From NCBI GenBank assembly GCA_049852185.1, contig CP187540.1: a stretch of 64,000 nucleotides of DNA, one strand, 5' to 3'. The notes beneath the pieces are model-generated. The model ran no database searches. It was not told where the DNA came from and saw only the letters and a list, made by a program, of their open reading frames with translations. The translations under genes and the position numbers were made by a program. Shown here piece by piece: positions 1 through 10,552 of this stretch (position 1 is its first letter; each line of letters begins with the position of its first letter). The DNA comes from Methanocaldococcus sp. 28A (GTDB lineage: Archaea; AGJL01; Methanococci; Methanococcales; Methanocaldococcaceae).

Positions 1-212
1 TGTGGTGGAATTTTTGCTATATCCTTATCTTTAAATATAATCTCTCCAGAATATATCTTTGTTAAACCAAACAAAGTTTTTAAAAATGTAGATTTTCCAC
101 TTCCATTAGGGCCTACAACAGTTGTAATCTTTCCTTTTTCTATTTTTGCATTCACATCAAATAATATCTGTAATTTTCCATATCCAGCATTTAGGTTTTT
201 TACCTTTATCAT
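1..212 (-). CDS. livF: Branched-chain amino acid ABC transporter ATP-binding subunit (5' part, runs off window)
   Basis: Manual translation [20 protein letters not shown]...GPNGSGKST (Walker A); directly downstream of livG. Confidence 0.85.
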   Translation of the reverse strand, partial: MIKVKNLNAGYGKLQILFDVNAKIEKGKITTVVGPNGSGKSTFLKTLFGLTKIYSGEIIFKDKDIAKIPP

Positions 213-227
213 ATTTATCACCAAATA

Positions 228-989
228 TTATTCTCCAATATATATTTCTACAACTTTTGGGTCTGATAAAACCTTCTTAATCTCTTCTTTTCCTCTACCT
301 TCAGCAATAATCTGCCCATTGAACATAACGTATATATGGTCTATATATTTCAAAACAATATCCAACCTGTGTTCAATAATTAGAAAAGTAATTCCCTTCT
401 CTTTCAATTTAAGGACATGATTAAATATATCATGAGCTAAACCTGGAGCTACTCCAGCTATTGGCTCATCCATAACAATCATTTTTGGATTTGTCATCAA
501 AGCTCTTCCAATTTCAACAAGTTTCAGTTGCCCTCCACTCAACTCTCCAGCCTTTCTATCATATAAGTGAGATAATTTCAAAAATTCTAATATTTTGAAA
601 GCCTTTTCAACCATCTCTTCCTCTTTTGGAATCCATTTTTTATAAAACAGGGCTTTTAATGGACTTTCTCCAGGGTTAATCTCTCCTATTAACAAATTTT
701 CAAGAACTGTCATTTCTTTTAAAGGTTGTGGAGTTTGGAAAGTTCTAACGATTCCATAATGATAGAGTTCAGCTGGTTCTTTGTTTGTTATATCCTTATT
801 TTCAAAATAAACCTTCCCATCATCTGCCTTTAGAAACCCAGTAATAACATTTATTAATGTAGATTTTCCACTACCATTGGGTCCTATGATTAAAGTAACA
901 TCTCCTTTATTTACACTTATAGATACTCTATTTAAAGCTATAAACTCCCCAAAACATTTTATAATATTTTCTGTTCTCAAAATTTCCAT
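228..989 (-). CDS. livG: Branched-chain amino acid ABC transporter ATP-binding subunit
   Basis: [21 protein letters not shown] and IEH motifs; MJ1267-like. Confidence 0.92.
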   Translation of the reverse strand: MEILRTENIIKCFGEFIALNRVSISVNKGDVTLIIGPNGSGKSTLINVITGFLKADDGKVYFENKDITNKEPAELYHYGIVRTFQTPQPLKEMTVLENLLIGEINPGESPLKALFYKKWIPKEEEMVEKAFKILEFLKLSHLYDRKAGELSGGQLKLVEIGRALMTNPKMIVMDEPIAGVAPGLAHDIFNHVLKLKEKGITFLIIEHRLDIVLKYIDHIYVMFNGQIIAEGRGKEEIKKVLSDPKVVEIYIGE

Positions 990-1401
990 TTTCTCCCCTT
1001 AATAAAATAATATTAGAGCAAAAAAATTTATCATTAACTTTATAAATGTAATACTTTATTTAAAGCTTTAATGTTGTATCCTGAAATTATTTCGCACCTA
1101 TAATTCATGAAATCTCCTCAATATTATTAACGGTATTTTCGAAATAAACCTCATAAGGAGTCCTATAATCTAAAGAACGATGTGGTTTTATTTTATTATT
1201 CCAATCGGAGCGTAGCGGAGAGTTATGAAATCACATTAGTGATTTCATTCAAAGTATGAATTCTTCTAAACTAAATCTATCTAATCGATATTCAACCTCT
1301 TATTTATTCCGTTCAACTTTTCCTATGGCAAGACTTTCACAGAAGTAAATATTGTAATGGATTTTTGATGTTTTTGGCATTATTTACACAATATTAAATA
1401 G

Positions 1402-1650
1402 TCTGACAGTGTGAATTAACGAAAAGAATCTTAAAAGCAAAAAACAGAAATAGGATGAGGTTAAATAGTTTATTAAAAAAAGGTGATACCTATATGTTAG
1501 CAGCATTTAATGATATACTGGTTGATTCTATAAATAGTTTAGGGATATGTTCTTCGTATGGGGTGGTGAGGACATTAACGCCGATAAAGACGATTAAAGG
1601 GATGTCATAGTTAGAGATTGATAAAACTACATTTATTAAAAATCTACAAA
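1402..1650 (+). mobile_element. Degenerate copy of the ~270-bp MITE/IS derivative also at 62021-62294
   Basis: Near-identical to 62021-62283 (tctgacagtgtgaattaacgaaaagaatc...aaaatctacaa); has a short internal deletion and lacks the right IR. Confidence 0.8.
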
Positions 1651-1845
1651 AACCAGAAGATGAGTATTGCTTATATAATTCAGGTATCTAACCTTTCTGA
1701 TATTTTAGATAACGATAAATAAAAATTTATTGCGATAGTTGATTCAATGTGAGTAATTATCTAACCTCAAAAAGCAATATCGGTTTTGTTAAATTTGTAG
1801 CGATTATTCACAATTGTATTTTACAATAAATACAACACTTTCTAT
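1651..1845 (+). mobile_element. Degenerate DDE transposase remnant (IS5/IS982-like)
   Basis: Fragments KFIAIVDS and FVKFVAIIHNCIL resemble the first-D and C-terminal motifs of the transposase at 53725-54360 (KIYIADS, AAIVHNIL). Confidence 0.4.
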
Positions 1846-1946
1846 AAAGTAATTAAAAAGTGTAGTAGTGTTATAAAGAACTAATAAAGAATGAACTATC
1901 GTAATCACACCGTCAGTATTTTAATATAATTTTTAATGGTGAAATT

Positions 1947-2234
1947 ATGAAATTAGCAGTAGATGCTGTTTTTTATGTAAAAGAAGGGTTTAATTTTGAA
2001 AAAGCATTTAAAGAGGTTTTAAAAATTTTAGGAGATGATGTGAAAATCTTATCTGTTGAATATCCTGAGTTAGCTTTAATTTCAGAGAACGGATATTATT
2101 ATAGATGTGGATTTATGCTCGATAAAGAGTTAAAAGAAGAATTAGACAGAGATGAGATTAATAAAATTAAAGAAAAAATTAAAAAGCTGTTTGAAGATGA
2201 GATAATCTATACATTAACATGTGAGATATTATGA
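1947..2234 (+). CDS. Hypothetical protein (Methanococcales conserved)
   Basis: GGTGA RBS; overlaps the next gene by 4 nt; typical codon usage. Confidence 0.75.
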   Translation: MKLAVDAVFYVKEGFNFEKAFKEVLKILGDDVKILSVEYPELALISENGYYYRCGFMLDKELKEELDRDEINKIKEKIKKLFEDEIIYTLTCEIL

Positions 2235-2908
2235 AAGAAGTTAAAAATTTTTATGATAAATGGGAACCAGGGGTTTTTCCAAACTATATAAAACTTCTTA
2301 TGAATTTTGCTGATGAGCTGATTTTTGAAGAAATATATTTATTGTTAAAAAAATTTGAAAATAAAAAAGATTTTTTAGTTTTAGATTGCGGATGTGGATT
2401 TGGAGCTTTTTATAATTTAACAAAAGACTTTAATACAATATATTTGGACATTTCATTAAATTTGCTCAAAAAATTTAACATCAAAGAGCGAAAAATTTGT
2501 GGTAACATATTAAATTTACCTTTTAAAGATAACACGTTTGATTTAGTTTTGTGTATAAATGTGTTAGAACATGTAGATTATTTAAAAGCGTTAAATGAAA
2601 TAAAGAGGGTTTTAAAAAACAATGGAAAGTTAATAGTTGTAGTTATAAATAGAGATAGCTTAATTAAAGAGGAAATATTTAATGATTTTGAGATTTTCCA
2701 TAATCCCTTATCTATTGAAAATTTTAATGTAAATGGATTTAAAATTGTTTATTCAAACTCAGTATATTTTTTACCTTCAATTTTTAAGATATTTCCATCA
2801 ATAATTTTATCAAAAATCATAAAATATTGGAAGCCAATAGATAAAAAATTTTCAAAAATTTTAAAAAATAAAGGGCAGTTTTTAATTGTTGAAATGGTGA
2901 AAGAATGA
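2231..2908 (+). CDS. Class I SAM-dependent methyltransferase
   Basis: VLDCGCGFG, LPFKDNTFDLV, VLEHV, RVLKNNG motifs. Confidence 0.9.
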   Translation: MKEVKNFYDKWEPGVFPNYIKLLMNFADELIFEEIYLLLKKFENKKDFLVLDCGCGFGAFYNLTKDFNTIYLDISLNLLKKFNIKERKICGNILNLPFKDNTFDLVLCINVLEHVDYLKALNEIKRVLKNNGKLIVVVINRDSLIKEEIFNDFEIFHNPLSIENFNVNGFKIVYSNSVYFLPSIFKIFPSIILSKIIKYWKPIDKKFSKILKNKGQFLIVEMVKE

Positions 2909-3729
2909 GTAAAGCAGTTATTTACACATTACCAAAAGGGACGTACAGTGAAATAGCTACAAAGAAATTTTTAGATTACATTGATGGAAATTATAAAATA
3001 GATTATTGCAATTCCATATATGATGTGTTTGAAAAATTAGATAACAATGGCTTAGGAGTAGTTCCAATAGAGAACTCTATTGAAGGTTCTGTATCTTTAA
3101 CACAGGATTTATTGTTGCAATTTAAAAATATTAAAATATTAGGAGAGTTAGCTATAGATATACATCACAATTTAATAGGTTATGATAAAAATAAAATAAG
3201 AATTGTTATTTCTCATCCACAGGCATTGGCTCAATGCAGAAATTATATAAAAAAACATAACTGGGAAGTTAAGGCAGTAGAAAGCACAGCTAAAGCTGTA
3301 AAAATAGTTGCTGAAAGTAAAGATGAAACTTTAGGAGCTATCGGTTCAAAAGAATCAGCGGAATATTATAACTTAAAAATATTGGATGAAAATATTGAAG
3401 ATTATAAAAATAATATGACGAGATTTATTTTAATTGGCAAAAATGTGAAATTTAAAACACTTCCAAAAAAATACAAAGTTTCAATTGTTTTTGAATTAAA
3501 AGAAGATAAACCAGGAGCTTTATATCATATTTTAAAAGAATTTGCTGAAAGAAATATAAATTTAACGAGGATTGAGTCAAGACCTTCAAAAAAGAGATTA
3601 GGAACTTATATATTTTACATTGACTTTGAAGATGTTGGAGAAATGAAATTAAAAGAAATTTTAAAAAGCTTAGAAAAACACACATCATTTATAACATTTT
3701 TAGGAAGATATCCTGTTTTTGAGAAATGA
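2905..3729 (+). CDS. pheA: Prephenate dehydratase
   Basis: PIENSIEGSV, SHPQALAQC, TRF motif; ACT domain INLTRIESRP. Confidence 0.95.
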   Translation: MSKAVIYTLPKGTYSEIATKKFLDYIDGNYKIDYCNSIYDVFEKLDNNGLGVVPIENSIEGSVSLTQDLLLQFKNIKILGELAIDIHHNLIGYDKNKIRIVISHPQALAQCRNYIKKHNWEVKAVESTAKAVKIVAESKDETLGAIGSKESAEYYNLKILDENIEDYKNNMTRFILIGKNVKFKTLPKKYKVSIVFELKEDKPGALYHILKEFAERNINLTRIESRPSKKRLGTYIFYIDFEDVGEMKLKEILKSLEKHTSFITFLGRYPVFEK

Positions 3730-4908
3730 TTATTCAAATTCTTTTCTAAACTCTTTATAGAAAATGTCTGTTGAAGGATGGATTTCCATAAAGTCATTAT
3801 ATATATCAATTCCTCTAATTAGCTGAGTGAAGTAGGGGAGAATTTCAGCACAAGGAGTCATAATTATAGCTCCCACGACCTTTCCATTTTCATAATAGAT
3901 TTTGTTTATACCCACACCACTTAAAACTTTAAAGAAGTTACCTTTCCCTACACAGCTTCTTATTGTCTTATATTCATTTGTTTGCTTTCCTACATAAGAA
4001 ATAGTTAAAGATAATCTAATAGTTTTTGGAATTAATTCATAATTTGGTTTTATTAAGGGTTTATTGTTTATTTCGTTAATTATATTTTGAGCAACTACTC
4101 TTCCTTCCATTCTTGAAATTGGAGTGTTTCCTCCTCCATTTATTAAGCAATCTCCACAAGCGTAAGTTTTCTTTTTATTTATTACTCTTAAATAATCATC
4201 AGTTTCAAAAACTCCCTTTCCTCCAATAGCTAAGATTTTTGTATAGTTTTCATCTTTTAAAAGTTTTTCAAGCTCTTCTTTGTCATTAATTATCTTAAAG
4301 TTTATAACTTTTTTCATTAAATAATCTCTAATCTCCTCATCTCTAATATCTTTCAAAATCTTAGACCTTGCATATAAAACAACATTACAGCCAAAGTCGG
4401 AAAATATTGAAGCGTATTCTGTTGCTACTGTTCCACCACCAATAATTAAGATATTTTCAGGAAGCTCTCTTAAATTTGGTATATCCTTGTGAGTTAAAAT
4501 CTCATATCCATTATAAGAAGTTAGATAATTTCTTCCAGTAGCATAAACTATATAGTCATAATTTTCTTCATATTTTTCTTTAAATTCTTTGTATTTTATA
4601 TTAACTCCCAAATTTTTTGTCTCATTCTCTAATTTATTTCTAATCTTATCTTGAATTTTATTTATTTTTTCTTGTAACTCCTTAAATGAAATTATTTCCT
4701 CTAAATAAACTTTTTTTCCTTTTAAAATGCTTAAATTATTTAATATATCTGCCATTTCTCTAAGTCCGGTTATATATGTGCATCCATAATTTAAACACGT
4801 CCCTCCTATTTTATCCTTTTCAAATAAATCAACATCAAAACCATTTTTTGCTAAAAACATAGCAGATGTTCTTCCAGCAGGCCCTGCTCCAACAACAGCT
4901 ATTTTCAT
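3730..4908 (-). CDS. NAD(P)/FAD-dependent disulfide oxidoreductase (dihydrolipoamide dehydrogenase-like)
   Basis: GAGPAG, GGTCLNYGC redox disulfide, IIGGG, C-terminal HPS. Confidence 0.88.
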   Translation of the reverse strand: MKIAVVGAGPAGRTSAMFLAKNGFDVDLFEKDKIGGTCLNYGCTYITGLREMADILNNLSILKGKKVYLEEIISFKELQEKINKIQDKIRNKLENETKNLGVNIKYKEFKEKYEENYDYIVYATGRNYLTSYNGYEILTHKDIPNLRELPENILIIGGGTVATEYASIFSDFGCNVVLYARSKILKDIRDEEIRDYLMKKVINFKIINDKEELEKLLKDENYTKILAIGGKGVFETDDYLRVINKKKTYACGDCLINGGGNTPISRMEGRVVAQNIINEINNKPLIKPNYELIPKTIRLSLTISYVGKQTNEYKTIRSCVGKGNFFKVLSGVGINKIYYENGKVVGAIIMTPCAEILPYFTQLIRGIDIYNDFMEIHPSTDIFYKEFRKEFE

Positions 4909-4920
4909 TAATCCCACCAA

Positions 4921-6780
4921 TTAATAGTAATACCATATAGTTCTATACTCTTCAATATTTTCTCCAATATTCTTTAAGCTATCTAAGTATTCTTTAATTG
5001 GAACATCCTCATAGGTGTAGAGTTTGGTTGGATATATTCCCTTCTCCCATGGATGCATCAAATAAACTCTACTTCCATTTGGTTTTATTGCTATTAACTC
5101 TCTATCCTGCCAGGCTCTTAAATGGTTTTTTCCCATTCTTGGAACGTTAAATATTGGTTCATCAGTTCTAAATGAACCTGGCAATAATCTTGCTTCTTCT
5201 TTAATCTCTTGAACCAATCTTGCTATTGGAACTAAATAATCTTTATGCTCCATCTTTCCTTTTGGATAGAATGTATAATATGGAATAATTCCTACCTTCT
5301 TTAATGCAATTCTTAAAGCTACGTTTTCAAATCTTCTGCTAACATATCTATGGAATACGTGCTGATTATATACGCAGATATTATTTGTTCTCAATTTTTT
5401 AACAGCCTCTTTAACTTCTGGAGTAATTTCATAACAGCTCTCTACATGAGTTGATATCATTAAACTCTTTTCAAAGCTTCCTAATAACTCAGCCAATTCA
5501 TCTGTTATTCTCATAGGAGCTGTTACTATTGTTCTTGTTCCAAATCTAACTCCTATAACATGGTTCATCTCAGATATTCTATTCAATATTCTTTCAATTG
5601 CTTTATCATTTAAACTGAATGGGTCTCCTCCTGTGATAAGAATTTCAATCATTGAATCATGTTCAGCAAACCAATCTAATGCTTTCTCAACTTTTTCCCA
5701 GCCTTTAAAGGCTTTAGCATCAAAATCCTGAACCATCCAATTTCTTTGACAATAAACACAAATCTGTGGGCAGGATTCATAAGGTTTTATAATAGCTATT
5801 GTAACATATCTTCTTGTTATTAAATCATGTGGTGAAGTGTCGTGCTCTCCCATAAAATCAAAGGCAATGTTTCTATCTTCTTTGTGCTCAATCATCTTTT
5901 CAACATACCACTCTGGTGGAATAACCTGCCTTCTAACAGCTAAATCTTCAACGTAAGGGTTTTCAAAGTCAAATAAATGTAAGTAATATGGTGTTATTCC
6001 AAATGGTATGCCGTTTTTTACAGCTTTTTCAATAATTTCTAAATCCTCATCGGATATCTTAAAGTTTGTTTCTTCTTTAAGTTCTCTTAATATTTCAACT
6101 CCTTTTAAACCTCTTAATACATTTTTAAATTGCCATTTGTAATTATACCACTCTTCATCAGTAATTCCAAAGAATTCTTCTAAAACATCTTTATTCTTTT
6201 TTCTTTTAAATATAATTCTTTTATCTAATCCACTTGGATATCTGCTAACATATTCTCTCATGATTTCATAAACCTTATCTAAAAAATTAGACCTTGCTAT
6301 CCCAGCTTCTCTACCTTTTATTTTACTAAAATCAATAAATTTAACACCCTCTTCCAACAATCTCTCTCCTAAGAATCCTAATGAATAATTAGCTTTTCCA
6401 GACATTGCTAAGAATAAGTGTTTAAATTCTTCAACAAACCCCTCACTAATTTCTTTTAAAGCATCTTCGTCTCCTTTATATGCTTTCCATAAATATTCTA
6501 ATGTGCTGAAACCTGCTAATCTTTCATTATCTTTTGATATTATGTTTAAAAATATCTCAATTGCCTTTAAAGCCAACCATCTATCAACTTCGTTATCAAA
6601 TCTCTTTTTCATTCTAACTTCCCATTCTAATTCTTTACAAAATTCAAATAACTTTTCTCTTGCTTCTTCTACACTCTCACTTTCCTCTAAAATCTTTCTA
6701 ATCTCTGGGATTATATTAAAAATGTCTAAAAATGTTTTGTGATTGAGTGTTTCATATTCAGCCATAGATTTTGTTGCCAT
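4921..6780 (-). CDS. KamA-family (lysine 2,3-aminomutase-like) radical SAM protein with long N-terminal extension
   Basis: CPQICVYCQR, ITGGDP, RRQVIP motifs. Confidence 0.88.
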   Translation of the reverse strand: MATKSMAEYETLNHKTFLDIFNIIPEIRKILEESESVEEAREKLFEFCKELEWEVRMKKRFDNEVDRWLALKAIEIFLNIISKDNERLAGFSTLEYLWKAYKGDEDALKEISEGFVEEFKHLFLAMSGKANYSLGFLGERLLEEGVKFIDFSKIKGREAGIARSNFLDKVYEIMREYVSRYPSGLDKRIIFKRKKNKDVLEEFFGITDEEWYNYKWQFKNVLRGLKGVEILRELKEETNFKISDEDLEIIEKAVKNGIPFGITPYYLHLFDFENPYVEDLAVRRQVIPPEWYVEKMIEHKEDRNIAFDFMGEHDTSPHDLITRRYVTIAIIKPYESCPQICVYCQRNWMVQDFDAKAFKGWEKVEKALDWFAEHDSMIEILITGGDPFSLNDKAIERILNRISEMNHVIGVRFGTRTIVTAPMRITDELAELLGSFEKSLMISTHVESCYEITPEVKEAVKKLRTNNICVYNQHVFHRYVSRRFENVALRIALKKVGIIPYYTFYPKGKMEHKDYLVPIARLVQEIKEEARLLPGSFRTDEPIFNVPRMGKNHLRAWQDRELIAIKPNGSRVYLMHPWEKGIYPTKLYTYEDVPIKEYLDSLKNIGENIEEYRTIWYYY

Positions 6781-7171
6781 ATTTTCACCCCTTATAGTAT
6801 TTCATTTAAATACATATCCTAAGGTTATTTTATTAATCATAGGACTTTTGCACGTAATATTATATTTAAAAATCTTTTAAACCTAAAAATAGATCATTAC
6901 CTTAATATGAGACACACCTATAAGGACAAAAAATAACAAATTTAATAACTTAATATATAAACTAAACTTATTTAACTAAAAATTTAGACTTTTCAAAAAT
7001 TAGCAATTACTCACATACTAACAATGTTGTTAATCATATAAAAAATTTTTTATTATTTGAGATTGTTAATAAAACTATTTCTTATGTTTATATTGCATTA
7101 GAAAAAGATTATATGAGAAATTATGAAAAAAAGAAATGAAATATTTTGAAGATAAAAATTTTATTTTAAAT

Positions 7172-10000
7172 TTATTCAAGATAGATTGCTGGTTTAAATG
7201 GAATAGCCACTCTCTTTTTATTAGCCTTATCTTCACCATTAATTATAATTTCTTCAACACCAAACTCTCTCTTTAAGAATTCTTTGGCATTTTCTAAAAC
7301 TTCAACCTCATTAATAATTTCTGCATTGAGTTTTATTAGTTGATTAACTAATTTTGGAATCTCTTTACCATACTTTCTAAACTCTGGATTTTTCATAATA
7401 ATTGGCATCAATTCTTTAACTGTTTTTCCTTCATTTTCTTTAATAATCTTCAATATCTCATACTTCCAATCGTCAGCTGTATATAGGTAGATTCTCTTTG
7501 GCTGAACCTTAGCAACATTTATAATCTCTTTAATATCCTCCATAACTGATTTTAAATACTCTTCTCCTTTTTCAATTTTATCATCTATATACTCCTCCTT
7601 AACTTCTGGGAATTTAGCTAATGAAACAAATCCTTCTTTTCCTAAAATCTCCCACATCTCTTCACATAAATGTGGAGTGAAAGGAGACATCAATTTTATT
7701 ATAACTTCTAAGAACTCCTCTAAAACTCTTATATTATTTCCTCCTCTTCTTCTATACCATTTTAAGTCATCCAATAACTGATAGAGTAAAATTCCAGCTT
7801 TTCTTAGCTCAAAGTTTTCCATATATTCATCATACTGCTTAACTGCCTTATACAATCTACTTAATAACCATTTATCTATATAGCTAATCTCACTGCCTTT
7901 TTCTTCTTTTCTTTCAGCAACTTCCTTTGCAAATAAATACAGTTTTTCTAAAACCTTTTTTGTATTTTCCAATTCTTTAAACTTAATATCTGCATCTTGA
8001 GGCAATTCAGCACAGGTTGTTATATAGAATCTTCCAACATCAGCCCCAAATTTCTCAGCAACTTCTAAGACTGGTAATACTGGACCTTTTGACTTAGATA
8101 ACTTTTTCCCTTCAATTGTGACATAACCATTAACTACAATACCTTTTGGCCAGAACTCTTCTGGGAATATTGCTACGTGATTGAAGATATAGAACGTTAA
8201 ATGGTTTGGAATCAAATCTTTAGCTGAACATCTCCAATCTACTGGATAGTAATAAACAAATTCTTTCCTCATACTTTCAATAATATCCTTTGAAATGCCA
8301 GTATATTCAGCAATTTTATCTACATCACCTTTACCTAAAAAGATGTAATCAAATAACTCTAAAGTTAATTGTTCTGGCTTTATGTTATATTGGTTGATAT
8401 ACTTTGCAATTGTGTAATATGCAGGATAAATTGTTGAATCTGATAGAGATTCAATAACCCATCCCTCTTCAAATGGAAACTTTGTTCCTAAACCTCTTCT
8501 TCTAACACATGCCTTATCCTTCATCCAATCGATTTTTTCATGGAACACTTGTCTTAAATTCTCAGGAATGAATTTCATCTTATCTACACATTTATGAGCC
8601 AATTCTTTCCATTTTTCGTCAGAATATTTGATAAACCACTGTCCTTTAACCATTTTAACTATACATGGAGTTCCACATCTACAAATAACCTTTTCTTCAC
8701 TAAATTCATACATAACCTCAGCAAGTCCTTTGTCTATTAAATCCTTTGTTAATTTGTCTTTAATCTCCCTAACAGGAATTCCCTCATACTCTAAACAGTT
8801 TTCATTTAAAATTCCTTTGTGGAACTCATCCTTGTAGATTTTTTTAGTAGCCTCCTCTAATTTATCCTCTTCTTCTTGATTTTTAAGGCCCATTTTTTCA
8901 ACAATCTCCTTTGCAGGATATTTTCCATAACCAGGAACTTTAATTAATGGAATTAATCCAATTTCATCAACTAAACCTAAATCTCTTAATGCTATATAAT
9001 CATAAGGTGCATGTGCTGGAACTGACATAACGCAACCAGTTCCAATATTTGTTTTTACAAACTTAGCTGGTAATATTGGGACCTCTTTCCCAGTTACTGG
9101 GTTTTTTACCTTTTTGTTTATAAGTTGTTCTCCTTTAAATTCTTCAATAATCTCTATCTTTCTATTTTGGTGTTTTAATTTCTCAGCACATTCCTTTGCC
9201 ATTATCCATATACCATTATCAATTAATTCAATTCCTTCCTCATTTTCTTTCTCTAAGTAAACTTTTGCCTTAACATAAGTTGCTTCAGGATTAACCCAAA
9301 CGTTTGTTACTCCAAAGACGGTTTCAGGTCTTAAAGTAGCCATTGGCATTATACAGCCATCTTCTGTTGTGAATTTTATTAAGATATATTCAACTAAAGT
9401 AGCATTTTCTCCTTCCAATAAGTCATGGTCTTCTACGGGGTTGTCACATCCTGGACAGTATCTAACAGGATGAGAACCTTTAATAATCAATCCTTTCTCT
9501 TTTAATTTGTGGAATTGCCATTCTATAAATTTATTGAAAACTTTATCATCCGTCTTAAAGTTTCTTCTCCAATCTAAGCTAAATCCCATTCTTTTAAATG
9601 CCTCTTCAGCTTTTTTTGAGAAATATTCAACAATTTTTTCTGGTGTTGTTAGCTCTAAAAGCTCTTCTTTTGGAATGCCATGCAACTCAGTATATGCCCA
9701 TATTGTTTTCTCGTCTCTATTTTTTATCAACTCAGCTAAACCTAAGATTGGAGTTCCTGTAACATGATAACCAAAAGTCCATAAAACATTCTTATTTTTC
9801 ATTCTTTGGAATCTTGCAACAACTTCTGGAATTGTAAAGGTTCTAAGATGCCCAGCATGTAAGACCCCATTTAAATATGGAAACGCCGCAGTTATAAAGA
9901 ATTTCTCTCTATCATCTGGATTAGCTTCAAATATTCTCTCTTTTTCCCATCTTTTTTGCCATTTTTTTTCTATCTCTTTAAAGTTAATCATAACCATCAC
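7172..10000 (-). CDS. leuS: Leucyl-tRNA synthetase
   Basis: PYLNGVLHAGH (HIGH), KLSKS, ATLRPET, MSVPAHAPYD editing motif. Confidence 0.97.
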   Translation of the reverse strand: MMVMINFKEIEKKWQKRWEKERIFEANPDDREKFFITAAFPYLNGVLHAGHLRTFTIPEVVARFQRMKNKNVLWTFGYHVTGTPILGLAELIKNRDEKTIWAYTELHGIPKEELLELTTPEKIVEYFSKKAEEAFKRMGFSLDWRRNFKTDDKVFNKFIEWQFHKLKEKGLIIKGSHPVRYCPGCDNPVEDHDLLEGENATLVEYILIKFTTEDGCIMPMATLRPETVFGVTNVWVNPEATYVKAKVYLEKENEEGIELIDNGIWIMAKECAEKLKHQNRKIEIIEEFKGEQLINKKVKNPVTGKEVPILPAKFVKTNIGTGCVMSVPAHAPYDYIALRDLGLVDEIGLIPLIKVPGYGKYPAKEIVEKMGLKNQEEEDKLEEATKKIYKDEFHKGILNENCLEYEGIPVREIKDKLTKDLIDKGLAEVMYEFSEEKVICRCGTPCIVKMVKGQWFIKYSDEKWKELAHKCVDKMKFIPENLRQVFHEKIDWMKDKACVRRRGLGTKFPFEEGWVIESLSDSTIYPAYYTIAKYINQYNIKPEQLTLELFDYIFLGKGDVDKIAEYTGISKDIIESMRKEFVYYYPVDWRCSAKDLIPNHLTFYIFNHVAIFPEEFWPKGIVVNGYVTIEGKKLSKSKGPVLPVLEVAEKFGADVGRFYITTCAELPQDADIKFKELENTKKVLEKLYLFAKEVAERKEEKGSEISYIDKWLLSRLYKAVKQYDEYMENFELRKAGILLYQLLDDLKWYRRRGGNNIRVLEEFLEVIIKLMSPFTPHLCEEMWEILGKEGFVSLAKFPEVKEEYIDDKIEKGEEYLKSVMEDIKEIINVAKVQPKRIYLYTADDWKYEILKIIKENEGKTVKELMPIIMKNPEFRKYGKEIPKLVNQLIKLNAEIINEVEVLENAKEFLKREFGVEEIIINGEDKANKKRVAIPFKPAIYLE

Positions 10001-10026
10001 ATCCTTATTTTATTTGTTTTAATTAT

Positions 10027-10551
10027 TTATTCTGTTAATTTTAGCTCTTTTATAATCTCAATAATTATGTGAGCTAATTTATTTCCAGCTAATTTAACCT
10101 CTTCAGACATTGGGCAGAAATCTATTATTTTTGGCTGAATTCCTAAAATTATTATTTCACTATTTATAAATTTTTTTAAATATTTGACTATTATAGATAA
10201 AGGCAATGTATGAGTTGAGAAACTGTAATTTATTATTTCATCCTCTTTTATAATCTTAACTTCTCCAACATCTTTATCCATTAACGCACAATCAATTATT
10301 AAAATGTGGGTAGGATTTATTTCTTTTAGAACATCAGTAAAAAAGTCAGGAACAGTTCCAGCATTTATTAAATAGAGATTTTTAATATTTACAATCTCTT
10401 TCTCTTTATCTATTTTAAGGTATTCCATTAATTTTTTGATTACATATATTCCAACAGCATCATCTCCTTTTAACTCATTTCCAATACCCATAATAACCAA
10501 TTTTTTACAACCTTTTAATTTATTTAATAATATTTTCTTCATTGTTATCAT
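10027..10551 (-). CDS. hycI: Hydrogenase maturation peptidase
   Basis: GIGNELKGDDAVG, STHTLP. Confidence 0.9.
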   Translation of the reverse strand: MITMKKILLNKLKGCKKLVIMGIGNELKGDDAVGIYVIKKLMEYLKIDKEKEIVNIKNLYLINAGTVPDFFTDVLKEINPTHILIIDCALMDKDVGEVKIIKEDEIINYSFSTHTLPLSIIVKYLKKFINSEIIILGIQPKIIDFCPMSEEVKLAGNKLAHIIIEIIKELKLTE

Positions 10552-10552
10552 C

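Noticed and set aside
1200-1250. CGGAGCGTAGCGGAG motif and ATGAAATCAC/GTGATTTCAT hairpin
   Set aside because: Single occurrence in the window; probably a fragment of a short repeat element and cannot be assigned
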